IMG/VR virus record: IMGVR_UViG_3300020045_006445
Coordinates: 1-58,563 of that record
Length of the DNA stretch: 58,563 nt
DNA from: a virus
Lineage: Duplodnaviria > Caudoviricetes
Direction: 5' to 3' (one strand)
Notes under the pieces: generated by a model
Databases searched by the model: none
What the model was told of the DNA's origin: nothing
What the model saw: the letters and a program-made list of their open reading frames with translations, nothing else
Shown here: in pieces, positions 16,947-25,836 of the stretch
Position numbering within the stretch: the first letter of the stretch is position 1
Layout: every line of letters starts with the position of its first letter
Program-made: the position numbers and the translations under genes

Positions 16947-17573
16947 ATGAGCACTACATTACCAAAAATTGCGGATATTTACGAAAATCGCGTAACGGTT
17001 CAAAAGAACGATGTTTTTGTTACTTTGATGAACCAGCCGCCAAAAAAAGAATGGGTAAAAACGCACCCATTTATTAAGAACTACAATTACATACCGATTG
17101 AACGCGTCGAGTTTCTGCTTAAAACCATATTCAAAAAATACCGCATTGAGGTTTTGCGCGAGGGAACAGCTTTCAATGGTGTTTTCGTTGTGGTTCGCGT
17201 TCACTATTTGCACCCGCTTACAAACGAAATGGAATTCCACGATGGTATAGGCGCAGCTCAATTGCAGACAAAAACAGGCACTTCGCCAGCTGACCTTGCA
17301 AACATAAACAATGGCGCGTTATCGATGGCTTTTCCGATTGCTAAAACTATTGCGATTAAAGATGCGTGCGATCACTTCGGTAAATTGTTTGGCGCAGACC
17401 TTAACCGTAAAGACTTGATTTCTTACGATCTTGACCTTACACTTATTGATTTGACACCCGAACACCCAAATTGGAATAAGGTAAAAGAAGCGGTTACAAC
17501 TGGCGCGTTTACAATTGATCAGGTCAGGACGAAATACAACCTATCCGATGAAAACGAAAAACTTTTGAAATAA
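16947..17573 (+). CDS. Sak/Rad52-like single-strand annealing protein
   Basis: Likely start ATG 16947; YIPIERVEFLLKTIF, DGIGA, AIKDACDHFGKLFGADLNRKD; immediately upstream of YqaJ exonuclease and SSB. Confidence 0.65.
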   Translation: MSTTLPKIADIYENRVTVQKNDVFVTLMNQPPKKEWVKTHPFIKNYNYIPIERVEFLLKTIFKKYRIEVLREGTAFNGVFVVVRVHYLHPLTNEMEFHDGIGAAQLQTKTGTSPADLANINNGALSMAFPIAKTIAIKDACDHFGKLFGADLNRKDLISYDLDLTLIDLTPEHPNWNKVKEAVTTGAFTIDQVRTKYNLSDENEKLLK

Positions 17574-18178
17574 TGGAACAGTTTATTTTAAGGGCCAGCA
17601 AAGCAGGATCTATAACAACCAATCCTAAAGATAAAACCGCGCTTATTGCAAAAGGTGTTGAATCATTTGTTTACGAATGGGTAAAAGAGCAGATTTACGG
17701 TGTTCGTAAAGAAATAAAATCGAAATACCTAACCAAAGGATTGACACTCGAAGATGAGGCGATTGACCGAGCGATTGAGTGGCTGGATTTGAATTTCACC
17801 ATCAAGAACGACAAGCGTTTTACGGATGAATATTTTACAGGCGAACCAGATTTAATTATTGGCGATACAGTTTACGACATCAAATGCAGCTGGGATTGTT
17901 TTACTTTTCCTTTATTTGATACCGAAGTGCCTACGCCCGATTACTTTTATCAATTACAGGTTTATATGCACCTGACCGGCTGCAAAAAAGCGGTTCTTAC
18001 TTATGTGCTTTTGAACACACCGCCCGAACTTACATACGAGGCAAAATACAATTACGATGAACTCGATAAAAAATACAGGATCAAAACGTTTGAGTTTGAT
18101 TTTGACAAATCAATTATTGACGACTTGAAATCCCGTGTCGATAAAATAAGGGAATTTATCAAACAAATTAAATATTGA
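17573..18178 (+). CDS. YqaJ/lambda-exonuclease-like nuclease
   Basis: RAS, KG-TLEDEAI, TGEPD...DIKCSW (PD-(D/E)xK), YFYQLQVYM. Confidence 0.85.
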   Translation: MEQFILRASKAGSITTNPKDKTALIAKGVESFVYEWVKEQIYGVRKEIKSKYLTKGLTLEDEAIDRAIEWLDLNFTIKNDKRFTDEYFTGEPDLIIGDTVYDIKCSWDCFTFPLFDTEVPTPDYFYQLQVYMHLTGCKKAVLTYVLLNTPPELTYEAKYNYDELDKKYRIKTFEFDFDKSIIDDLKSRVDKIREFIKQIKY

Positions 18179-18182
18179 AATT

Positions 18183-18551
18183 ATGGCTCAAAAAAGCTTA
18201 ACAGGAAGTTTGGCACTTACAAAAATGAAAAGTGCATTTTACACAACAAAAAAAGGCGCTCGTTGCCTTATGATACCAATTGCGGAAAACCATTTACACG
18301 AAAAAGATGGCGCGGTATATTTGCCGATCAGCTTGATTGTGAAAGATGAAAAAGATCAGTACGGTCAAAACGGTTTTATTTCGCAATCGGTATCGAGCGA
18401 GGAATATAAGGCACTCGGAAAAGACAAAGTAAAAGAACTTGGTTTGCCGATTTTAGGCAACGTAAAAGATTGGTCAACAACAAGTAACGATTCTGCACAG
18501 GTTTACGAAGCCGAAGTAATGGAGGGCGCAGAAGATGACCTCCCATTCTGA
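18183..18551 (+). CDS. Putative single-stranded DNA-binding protein
   Basis: DQYGQNGFISQ, PILGN, acidic DDLPF tail; follows the annealase/exonuclease pair. Confidence 0.65.
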   Translation: MAQKSLTGSLALTKMKSAFYTTKKGARCLMIPIAENHLHEKDGAVYLPISLIVKDEKDQYGQNGFISQSVSSEEYKALGKDKVKELGLPILGNVKDWSTTSNDSAQVYEAEVMEGAEDDLPF

Positions 18552-18670
18552 TCTAACCGAACCAAACCCACTCCCACTAAACAAACCGCAGCATAAGACA
18601 CTTGCTGCGGTCGGTCGGGTGATTGAGAGGCTGGGGACGGGGGAATCAACGAACGACATTCAAACAGTAA

Positions 18671-18928
18671 ATGATGCAAAACCTATCAACCACAGAAATC
18701 GACAAACAGTACACGCTCCGGCTGTACAGGTTCAAAGGATATTCAAATACCGGACGGCCAATGTATCACAAACGAAAGAGCGTCACCGCGATTCGGGTGG
18801 CAGGTTTATTTAGTTTGGATAAACTGAATTGGTGGATAGAAAAAGCAGAAAAGCAAGATAAGCCGTTTTCGGCCACTAAAAAGGAATTATACAGGATTGT
18901 GTTGTATAAGCGCAGAAATCCGTTATAG
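18671..18928 (+). CDS. Basic hypothetical protein
   Basis: ORF between SSB and helicase. Confidence 0.45.
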   Translation: MMQNLSTTEIDKQYTLRLYRFKGYSNTGRPMYHKRKSVTAIRVAGLFSLDKLNWWIEKAEKQDKPFSATKKELYRIVLYKRRNPL

Positions 18929-18997
18929 GGCAATATAGGGGATTTTTCCGAAAACTTTTTATTTAACATTTTAAATCGCCCGTAACTGGGCTTTTTT

Positions 18998-20662
18998 ATG
19001 CAACCATACGAACACCAATTAAAAGCCATCATTGAAACGGAGCAGCACCTTGAAACGGAGCAGCGCGTTTTATTTCAATTATCAACCGGTGGAGGCAAAA
19101 CCGCTTATTTTTCTTTTTTGGCGCAGCGATACGTACAGCGCACAAAAAAACGTGTTTTGATATTGGCGCACCGTGAAGAACTGATAAACCAAACGCTATC
19201 CACGTTGCGAACTATTGGTGTGACTTGTGAAAGTGTTGTGGCAAATAAAAAGTCATTACGGCATTTGTCATCAACGTATGTCGGGATGGTGCAGACACTT
19301 AAAAACCGATTGAAAAAAGATCCCGATTTTTTAAAGGATGTCGGACTTGTGGTAATCGATGAAGCACATTTATTGATGCACCATTGGATTTTTGATTATT
19401 ACCCAAACGCTAAAATTGTTTCGGTTACGGCAACGCCTGTATTATTGAAAAAAATACAGTTCAGCAAATGCAGTCGTTGTGGTTCAATAAAAGACACGCC
19501 CGAAATGTGTTGCAGGATTGAAATGTACGAGTACACCCGTGATATGACACTTTCGGAAATCTACGAAAACATTATCATTGGGCGCAGTATTTCGGAACTG
19601 ATTGCGGACGGTAAACTTGTGCAAGATATTGTTTATAAAACGGGTTCACTTGACCGAAGCAAATTAAAGATCGACGCAAAGACTGGTGACTTTGAAAATA
19701 CCGATGATGAATTTGGAAACAGCAATGCATTGTTTGATGTTGTAAAAAATTACGAACAATTGGCGCAAAACAAAAAAACGATCATATTTAACAGCAGTTC
19801 CAAAGTAAATGCGCTTGTATATAATGCGTTCATTGATGCAGGTTACGACAACGTTAGAATATTTGACAGCGTAAACAGCAAGCAATCAGAAAGGCATCCA
19901 GTATTGCGTTGGTTCAAAGAAACGCCAAACGCAATACTATTGAATGTGTCGTGCTTCACGACGGGTTTTGATGAACCGACAACAGAGTGCATAATAATAA
20001 ACCGCGCAACATTGTCGTTGTCGTTATATTTGCAAATGGTCGGGCGCGGTGGACGTCCTACCGATTTGATTTACAAACCCAACTTCACCGTTATTGATGG
20101 AGGTGGCAATGTGGATTATTTTGCAGAACGTTACGGAAATAATGGCAAGTGGAGCGATTATATAGATTGGCAAAGTATTTTTTACGGAACTGATAAAAAG
20201 CCGCGCCCGAAAAAAGAAGTGCTCGAAAACACAACCCAATGCAAAGAATGCGGTGCAATATATCCACGCAATGCAATTGCCTGTACCGAATGTGAATTTG
20301 AACCGCCAGTCATTCACAAAAAAATTGTGTTCTCGAAAGAAGTTGCAACGCTTATAGATGAAATCCCAAAACCTGACGGAATAAAGATAGTAAAGTATTG
20401 CAAGCGCATTGGCAAGGATAAGAATTTTGCCTGGACTATTTTAATAAATCAGATTTTCGATTTGTTCATTGTTCACGATGTTAAAAAAGGAACTTACGAC
20501 CGTGCGTTGTTAAACGGGCGTTATCAGGAATCAATTCGTAATTTGATAAAGCAGCCATACGGAATCATTCAGGGCAGTGATCTTGAGGGTACAGTATTGC
20601 GAACAAAGGCATATTTGGTTACCAAAGTCAAACAAAAATTAGACAAATATTATGGCAATTAA
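18998..20662 (+). CDS. SF2 DEAH-box helicase (RadD/YejH-like) with Zn ribbons
   Basis: QPYEHQ, STGGGKT, AHREEL, DEAH, TATP, TTGFD, QMVGRGGR; CKECG/CTEC. Confidence 0.92.
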   Translation: MQPYEHQLKAIIETEQHLETEQRVLFQLSTGGGKTAYFSFLAQRYVQRTKKRVLILAHREELINQTLSTLRTIGVTCESVVANKKSLRHLSSTYVGMVQTLKNRLKKDPDFLKDVGLVVIDEAHLLMHHWIFDYYPNAKIVSVTATPVLLKKIQFSKCSRCGSIKDTPEMCCRIEMYEYTRDMTLSEIYENIIIGRSISELIADGKLVQDIVYKTGSLDRSKLKIDAKTGDFENTDDEFGNSNALFDVVKNYEQLAQNKKTIIFNSSSKVNALVYNAFIDAGYDNVRIFDSVNSKQSERHPVLRWFKETPNAILLNVSCFTTGFDEPTTECIIINRATLSLSLYLQMVGRGGRPTDLIYKPNFTVIDGGGNVDYFAERYGNNGKWSDYIDWQSIFYGTDKKPRPKKEVLENTTQCKECGAIYPRNAIACTECEFEPPVIHKKIVFSKEVATLIDEIPKPDGIKIVKYCKRIGKDKNFAWTILINQIFDLFIVHDVKKGTYDRALLNGRYQESIRNLIKQPYGIIQGSDLEGTVLRTKAYLVTKVKQKLDKYYGN

Positions 20663-21050
20663 AGAAGATGAAGCAGTAATACAGCAATCGATTGTAATTT
20701 CATTCAACAACAAGCATTGTTTAAAGCACCACAAGCCGAGATTGATTATTCACAGTGTGCCAAACGGATTGCCGATTAACGGACTACCAGCAAAAGAACG
20801 CGCAATGATTTTGGATAAAATGCACAAGATGGGTATGCTTAACGGGATTGCCGACATCAACATTAAAGGAGTTTTGGGGCGTTACATTGAAGTTGAGGTG
20901 AAAACATCCATCGGCAAACAAGGCGAAGATCAAATTGAAATTGAAATGCGAACGATTGAATTGGGCGGTCGATATATTTTGGTAAGATCGTTGGATGAAT
21001 TTTGGCAAAAAATAACACCGCATTTAAATTGGTTATTAGGAAAAGAGTAG
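20652..21050 (+). CDS. VRR-NUC nuclease
   Basis: E--IQ, HSVPNG, G-LNGIADI, IEVEVKT-GKQ--Q, VRSLDEF. Confidence 0.85.
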   Translation: MAIKEDEAVIQQSIVISFNNKHCLKHHKPRLIIHSVPNGLPINGLPAKERAMILDKMHKMGMLNGIADINIKGVLGRYIEVEVKTSIGKQGEDQIEIEMRTIELGGRYILVRSLDEFWQKITPHLNWLLGKE

Positions 21051-21091
21051 TATATTTATACTCTTACCGAATTTCGTAAAAAAATTTACTG

Positions 21092-21247
21092 ATGACCGAA
21101 AACAAAGCAACTGTTCTGCGATTATTAAATACAAATACCTACGATCAGGTTTCAGAAATGATAGGGATATCGAAACCAACTTTGTATAAAAGAATCAAAA
21201 GTGATAAATGGAAAAAAGCCGAAACAGCTATAATAAAATCCCTATGA
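21092..21247 (+). CDS. Small Cro-like HTH protein (51 aa, not in ORF track)
   Basis: TYDQVSEMIGISKPTLYKRIK HTH; TATATTTA -7-like element at 21051-21058. Confidence 0.6.
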   Translation: MTENKATVLRLLNTNTYDQVSEMIGISKPTLYKRIKSDKWKKAETAIIKSL

Positions 21248-21753
21248 AAACCAAAGACGCAATTTCCCGCTTGTCTTTCACAATATCGAAAGGCAATAAA
21301 CCCAACTACGCTGACAAAGCCGCATTGAATGCAATAATACAGTTCATTAACAACTCCGACAAAGAAACCGTTCAGCAGCATTCTTGTTTTGCCAAGTTGT
21401 ATGCGCTGGTGTTGACATCGTTTCTAATGAAACATAAAGACATTGATTTTGCAAACAAACTACTCAATAAAGAACTTGCACAACCGCTCGAATACCAAAC
21501 GTATTTTTTGGAAACACAACTAAAGGCAATCGAAACAGAAAACTTTTTGCGCTCAAACGGAATTGTTGATGATATGGTTGTTGGCAAGCCTATTGAAGAA
21601 TCAATTGCAAGGTTAGAGCAGAATAAAAAATTATTCCCGCAAATCGATACGCGTTTACTTTTGGAGACGCAGGAAATGTGGGATAGTGAAAATGTAATGG
21701 CGCACCTGGTTCGCAATATAAATGAATCCTTAACAAAGTACAAAAATGTTTAA
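21244..21753 (+). CDS. Hypothetical protein
   Basis: Likely start ATG 21244 coupled to the HTH stop. Confidence 0.6.
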   Translation: MKTKDAISRLSFTISKGNKPNYADKAALNAIIQFINNSDKETVQQHSCFAKLYALVLTSFLMKHKDIDFANKLLNKELAQPLEYQTYFLETQLKAIETENFLRSNGIVDDMVVGKPIEESIARLEQNKKLFPQIDTRLLLETQEMWDSENVMAHLVRNINESLTKYKNV

Positions 21754-22822
21754 GGAAATCCCACTAAATGGCGAGCCGGTTCAAAAGAAAAAAACCACAA
21801 TACCGGATATACTCAAATACCGCATACTACCATCTGACGAAATCCCAAAACCTGACGCGGTATTGTTTTTTGACGATGTTATGGTTATGAGCCGCCAAAA
21901 CATTTCCTGCGTAACCGGCAAGGCGAAGGTTGGTAAAACCTTCCTTATGACGCTGATAAACGAGGCAATCCTACATAAAGGCGAATTTCAGGACAAACTC
22001 CGCTCATACCTACCAAAAGGCAAAGACAAAATTATATACATCGATACCGAGCAAAGCAAGTTTCACATTTCACTTATTTTAAAACGCATTCAGCGAGTTA
22101 TAAGCGATGAAAAATTAGATAATGTATTGATGTTTAATTTTGACGCGTTGGGCACGGAAATACGCAGGGAATACGTTGAGCAATTGATTTACGGCATTGA
22201 TGGTGTTGGCGTTGTAATTATTGATGGTGTTGCTGATTTGGTTTACGATCCTAACGACATTCGCGAAAGCAGTGTAATGGCAGACGACTTGCGAAGGTGG
22301 GCAACCGAACGCGACTTGCATATCATAAACGTATTGCACCAAAACCCAAGCGCATCCGATAAGATGCGCGGACACCTCGGAACGATCCTTACAAACAAAT
22401 CTGAAACCGTCATACAAATATCGAGTGCGAAAGACGATGAATCTGTCAAGTTGGTAGAGACACTTGCGACCCGAAATAAACGCCCAGAAAATTGGTCTTT
22501 TGAAATTATCGACGGCAATCCACAAATACAAGGCGAGTGCTACGAAATACCGAAGGTCGGAAGGCCAAAAGCAAAAGTTCTGGCAGACTATCAAAAATAT
22601 CAATTACTTACAACAATATTTTCACAAGTACCGGCAAACGTTGGTTACGGATATTCGGTTATGACTGAAAAATTAAAAGAGGAATATACCAAAGTTTGGG
22701 GTGAAATTGGAGCAAATAATCTCAAAGAATTGGTAAAATATTGTCGTGAAATGAACTGGGTTGTGAATGATGCAAAGGGTAAAAATTACTTTTTATATCC
22801 ATTCAAAACCGAAGATTTGTAA
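21746..22822 (+). CDS. RecA-fold AAA (RepA/SF4-like) replicative helicase
   Basis: Walker A GKAKVGKT, YIDTEQ, IIDGVAD, VLHQN, MRGHLG. Confidence 0.85.
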   Translation: MFKEIPLNGEPVQKKKTTIPDILKYRILPSDEIPKPDAVLFFDDVMVMSRQNISCVTGKAKVGKTFLMTLINEAILHKGEFQDKLRSYLPKGKDKIIYIDTEQSKFHISLILKRIQRVISDEKLDNVLMFNFDALGTEIRREYVEQLIYGIDGVGVVIIDGVADLVYDPNDIRESSVMADDLRRWATERDLHIINVLHQNPSASDKMRGHLGTILTNKSETVIQISSAKDDESVKLVETLATRNKRPENWSFEIIDGNPQIQGECYEIPKVGRPKAKVLADYQKYQLLTTIFSQVPANVGYGYSVMTEKLKEEYTKVWGEIGANNLKELVKYCREMNWVVNDAKGKNYFLYPFKTEDL

Positions 22823-22834
22823 GAATAAAGTGTT

Positions 22835-23097
22835 AATGGTTTAAATATTACGATAATTGCAAAATAATTTTTAAACCAACGAAAATGTTAAAAAATGATG
22901 GTTTAAAAATTAGTTTTGAATATTTAAACCTTATCAAAATGATAATCCTTGAATATATCACAAAAAAAAGAATTGTTTTTTACGAATTAAAATTAAAACA
23001 TAATTTTTAAACCAATAAATTCGCAATGGTGCGTTGGTTTAAAAAACCCCTTATAGGGAGGGGTTTTTAAACAGCACCAAATTAATATTTAAACCAT
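22835..23097. promoter_or_regulatory. Candidate replication origin
   Basis: AT-rich gap with GGTTTAAA/TTTAAACC at 22838, 22870, 22900, 22923, 23006, 23036, 23088 and an inverted repeat 23027-23079. Confidence 0.6.
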
Positions 23098-23101
23098 CGT
23101 T

Positions 23102-23308
23102 ATGAAACCAACAAAAAAAGATTTACAAAATGCAACCAAATTCGTAAACATAATCTGCGATGATGATCCGGCATCCAATAAATTTGCAATAATAAAAAAT
23201 GGCAGAATTGTGCTTACACCGGATGAACTTGCAGAAATATGTGCAATGCATACGTTACACCTCGAAGCAAAAGGAATTATTAAATTCACAGCCCGACGTG
23301 ATGAGTAA
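23102..23308 (+). CDS. Hypothetical protein
   Basis: ORF after the origin candidate. Confidence 0.5.
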   Translation: MKPTKKDLQNATKFVNIICDDDPASNKFAIIKNGRIVLTPDELAEICAMHTLHLEAKGIIKFTARRDE

Positions 23309-23612
23309 GGCGGGTACGAGGACGCACAACACCCACCCAATACCCGACACGGCAAAAATATACACCACCAACACGGGACGCGAGTACTACGTCAGCGGAA
23401 TCTCCAATACCAACATCCGAATCCGCTACATCGACGACGGCACATTCCAATCCATACCCTGGCAAGGCTACGGTTTCGATTGCGTGGAGTGGAGCGGTGG
23501 GGTGTTGAAGATGCCGTGTTGTGTTGAAGAACCACTGCGCGACCTTTCAAAAATAAAACCAAAGACTCAAAAACAAATCAGAGAAGAAAACCAATTAAAA
23601 ACTAGAATATGA
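23301..23612 (+). CDS. Hypothetical protein
   Basis: Likely start ATG 23301. Confidence 0.5.
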   Translation: MSKAGTRTHNTHPIPDTAKIYTTNTGREYYVSGISNTNIRIRYIDDGTFQSIPWQGYGFDCVEWSGGVLKMPCCVEEPLRDLSKIKPKTQKQIREENQLKTRI

Positions 23613-23696
23613 AAACCGAGAAAACAAAAAGCAGGATTAAAGATTTATGATGACAACGGGAAACACGTTAAAACTGTTCCTAGTAAGTATGCCAAC

Positions 23697-23975
23697 TTGG
23701 TGAGAGACGTTACATTCGATCTAACTAAAAAGCGATTGCTCGATACCGAGCGTGTAGATTTGGAAGTTAAATACTTCGAAAGATTATTGAAGCAATCGGA
23801 ACCTTATGTTTACGAATTGATTGCCAATTCAAAACCTAAATCCGTGCAGGAAATCAACAACCAAGGCAACATCCGTTTTGAGTTGATTTACGAAAACGGT
23901 ACGCGATTAAGGATTACACAGGAAATGTATTTAATGTTCCCGAGCAAGATGGATTTGAAATATTCGAATTATTAA
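23697..23975 (+). CDS. Hypothetical protein (start uncertain)
   Basis: Frame open back to 23613; nearest ATG (23609) is out of frame by one base. Confidence 0.5.
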   Translation: MVRDVTFDLTKKRLLDTERVDLEVKYFERLLKQSEPYVYELIANSKPKSVQEINNQGNIRFELIYENGTRLRITQEMYLMFPSKMDLKYSNY

Positions 23976-23985
23976 CGCCACGGAC

Positions 23986-24016
23986 TTGCACAGTAAAAAA
24001 TAAGGCTTTACTTTTG
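23986..24016 (+). promoter_or_regulatory. Promoter of packaging genes
   Basis: TTG 23986 and TACTTTTG 24009-24016, 5 nt before the terS ATG. Confidence 0.65.
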
Positions 24017-24021
24017 GGGTT

Positions 24022-24438
24022 ATGGCCAGACCAAGCGAATACGACTTTGAATTGTGTAAGGAAATCTGCGAGGAAATAGCAGGTGGTACAAACATAATTC
24101 GCGCACTTGAATTAAAAGACAACTATCCCAGTTGGCCAACATTCCGTAAATGGAAGAACGAAAACACGGAATTACTTACATTGTACGTAAGCAGTCAACA
24201 GGACAAAGCAATTGCGCTCGAAAACGAAATTGACGATTTGCGAGATAGGTTGCTTCAAAACGAAATCGATTATCAAACCTACAATGCATTAGTCAATACC
24301 CTAAAATGGAAAATGGCTAAAATGTATCCTAAAGTTTTTGGCGACAAGACCATTCATTCAGGGGATGAAGACAACCCAATCCAAGTAGTTACCAGACCGC
24401 GAATAGAGTTTGTCAAAAAAGACAATGAAGTCGATTAA
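24022..24438 (+). CDS. terS: Terminase small subunit (Sf6 gp1-like)
   Basis: MARPSEY...EICEEIAGG, PSWPTF-KW, LKWKMAKMYPKVFGDK; upstream of terL. Confidence 0.85.
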   Translation: MARPSEYDFELCKEICEEIAGGTNIIRALELKDNYPSWPTFRKWKNENTELLTLYVSSQQDKAIALENEIDDLRDRLLQNEIDYQTYNALVNTLKWKMAKMYPKVFGDKTIHSGDEDNPIQVVTRPRIEFVKKDNEVD

Positions 24439-25759
24439 GTTTTCAGATAAATACACACCACTATTTGATTTATTAACTTGTTGGGAGCAATTAAAAGCTA
24501 ATCCAAACAATCCCTATTTACAGCAACTTTCAAAAGTAGATACGGTTCTAATATCGGGCGGTCGGGATTCTGGAAAGTCATTTACAATTTCCTGCTTCAA
24601 CCCCATAGCGGTCGCAGATTACAATCACAGGATTTTATACACCCGTCAAACAATGTCAAGCACCGATAATTCAATTGGGCAAGCATTGGCAGACAGAATG
24701 ATATTATTGGGATTGGAAATCGAATTTGATTTTGCAAACAACAATTACACTCTTCGGGATGGTCGACCGGGTAAAATATCTATAACGGGTCAAAAAACGT
24801 CTGTAGGCACGCAAACAGCAAAACTCAAATCACTTGAAGACTACTCTATTTTCGAAACAGATGAGGGCGAGGAATTGGAAAGCTACGAAAATTGGGTAAA
24901 GATCAAACGATCGATGCGCGCAAAGGATGTGCAATGTTTGTCAATAATCAGCTTTAACCCCCCAACGCGAGAACATTGGATTGCACAGGAGTTTTACCAA
25001 AACGTGCCGGACGGATTCAACGGCATTATTGGAACAGTTATGTATATTCACACTACCTATCTAGACAATGGTAAGGAGAATATGGCAGAGCACAACTGGA
25101 TTGAGTACGAGGGTTTGCGCGAGAATTACGAATTGTATTTGTCTACACCTAAAGAGTTGCGCGATGAACTGCCAAAAATAGTTATTAAGAAATTCAAAGA
25201 ATACAAATTCAATATCCTAGGATCGTTCAAAGAAGTTGCCGAGGGTGTTATTTACGAGGATTGGGAGATTGGTGATTTTGATTTAAGTCTGCCATTCGGG
25301 CACGGATTGGATTTTGGTTCAAACGATCCCGACGCAATGGTAAAAGTTGCTGTTGACGAAAAGACAAAACGCATTTATGTACACGAGGAACTTTTTAAGC
25401 GCAATCAAAACACGTCCGATTTAATTACCGCGGTTTTTAACATAACAGGATATTACGAATTGGTTATTGGAGATTCGGCAGGAAAGAGGTCAATACAGGA
25501 TTTGTCAGAGGCTGGAGTAAATATTTACCCGTGCCAAAAAGGTGCCGATTCGGTTGTTAATGGCATAAAAACTATTCAGGGTTACACAATAGTCGTTTCG
25601 CCAAATTCGTTTAACGTCCAAAAAGCAATACGCAATTACAGGTGGAACGACAAAAAATCAGGAGTGCCGCATCACGATTGGAGTGACTTAATGGATGCGA
25701 TCAGATACATCGTTATGAGATTGATAGATAATTCGGACGACATTACAGAAATCGAATAA
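24425..25759 (+). CDS. terL: Terminase large subunit (PBSX/Terminase_3-like)
   Basis: Walker A GGRDSGKS, SFNP, HTTYLDN, nuclease GLDFG, GDSA, DLMDAIRY. Confidence 0.92.
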   Translation: MKSIKFSDKYTPLFDLLTCWEQLKANPNNPYLQQLSKVDTVLISGGRDSGKSFTISCFNPIAVADYNHRILYTRQTMSSTDNSIGQALADRMILLGLEIEFDFANNNYTLRDGRPGKISITGQKTSVGTQTAKLKSLEDYSIFETDEGEELESYENWVKIKRSMRAKDVQCLSIISFNPPTREHWIAQEFYQNVPDGFNGIIGTVMYIHTTYLDNGKENMAEHNWIEYEGLRENYELYLSTPKELRDELPKIVIKKFKEYKFNILGSFKEVAEGVIYEDWEIGDFDLSLPFGHGLDFGSNDPDAMVKVAVDEKTKRIYVHEELFKRNQNTSDLITAVFNITGYYELVIGDSAGKRSIQDLSEAGVNIYPCQKGADSVVNGIKTIQGYTIVVSPNSFNVQKAIRNYRWNDKKSGVPHHDWSDLMDAIRYIVMRLIDNSDDITEIE

Positions 25760-25836
25760 AAAAAGCCTTTAATTCAAAATAAATTATAAATTTGCAACAA
25801 AGCCGCAAAGGACTGCGCCCAAACAAACAATTCTAA

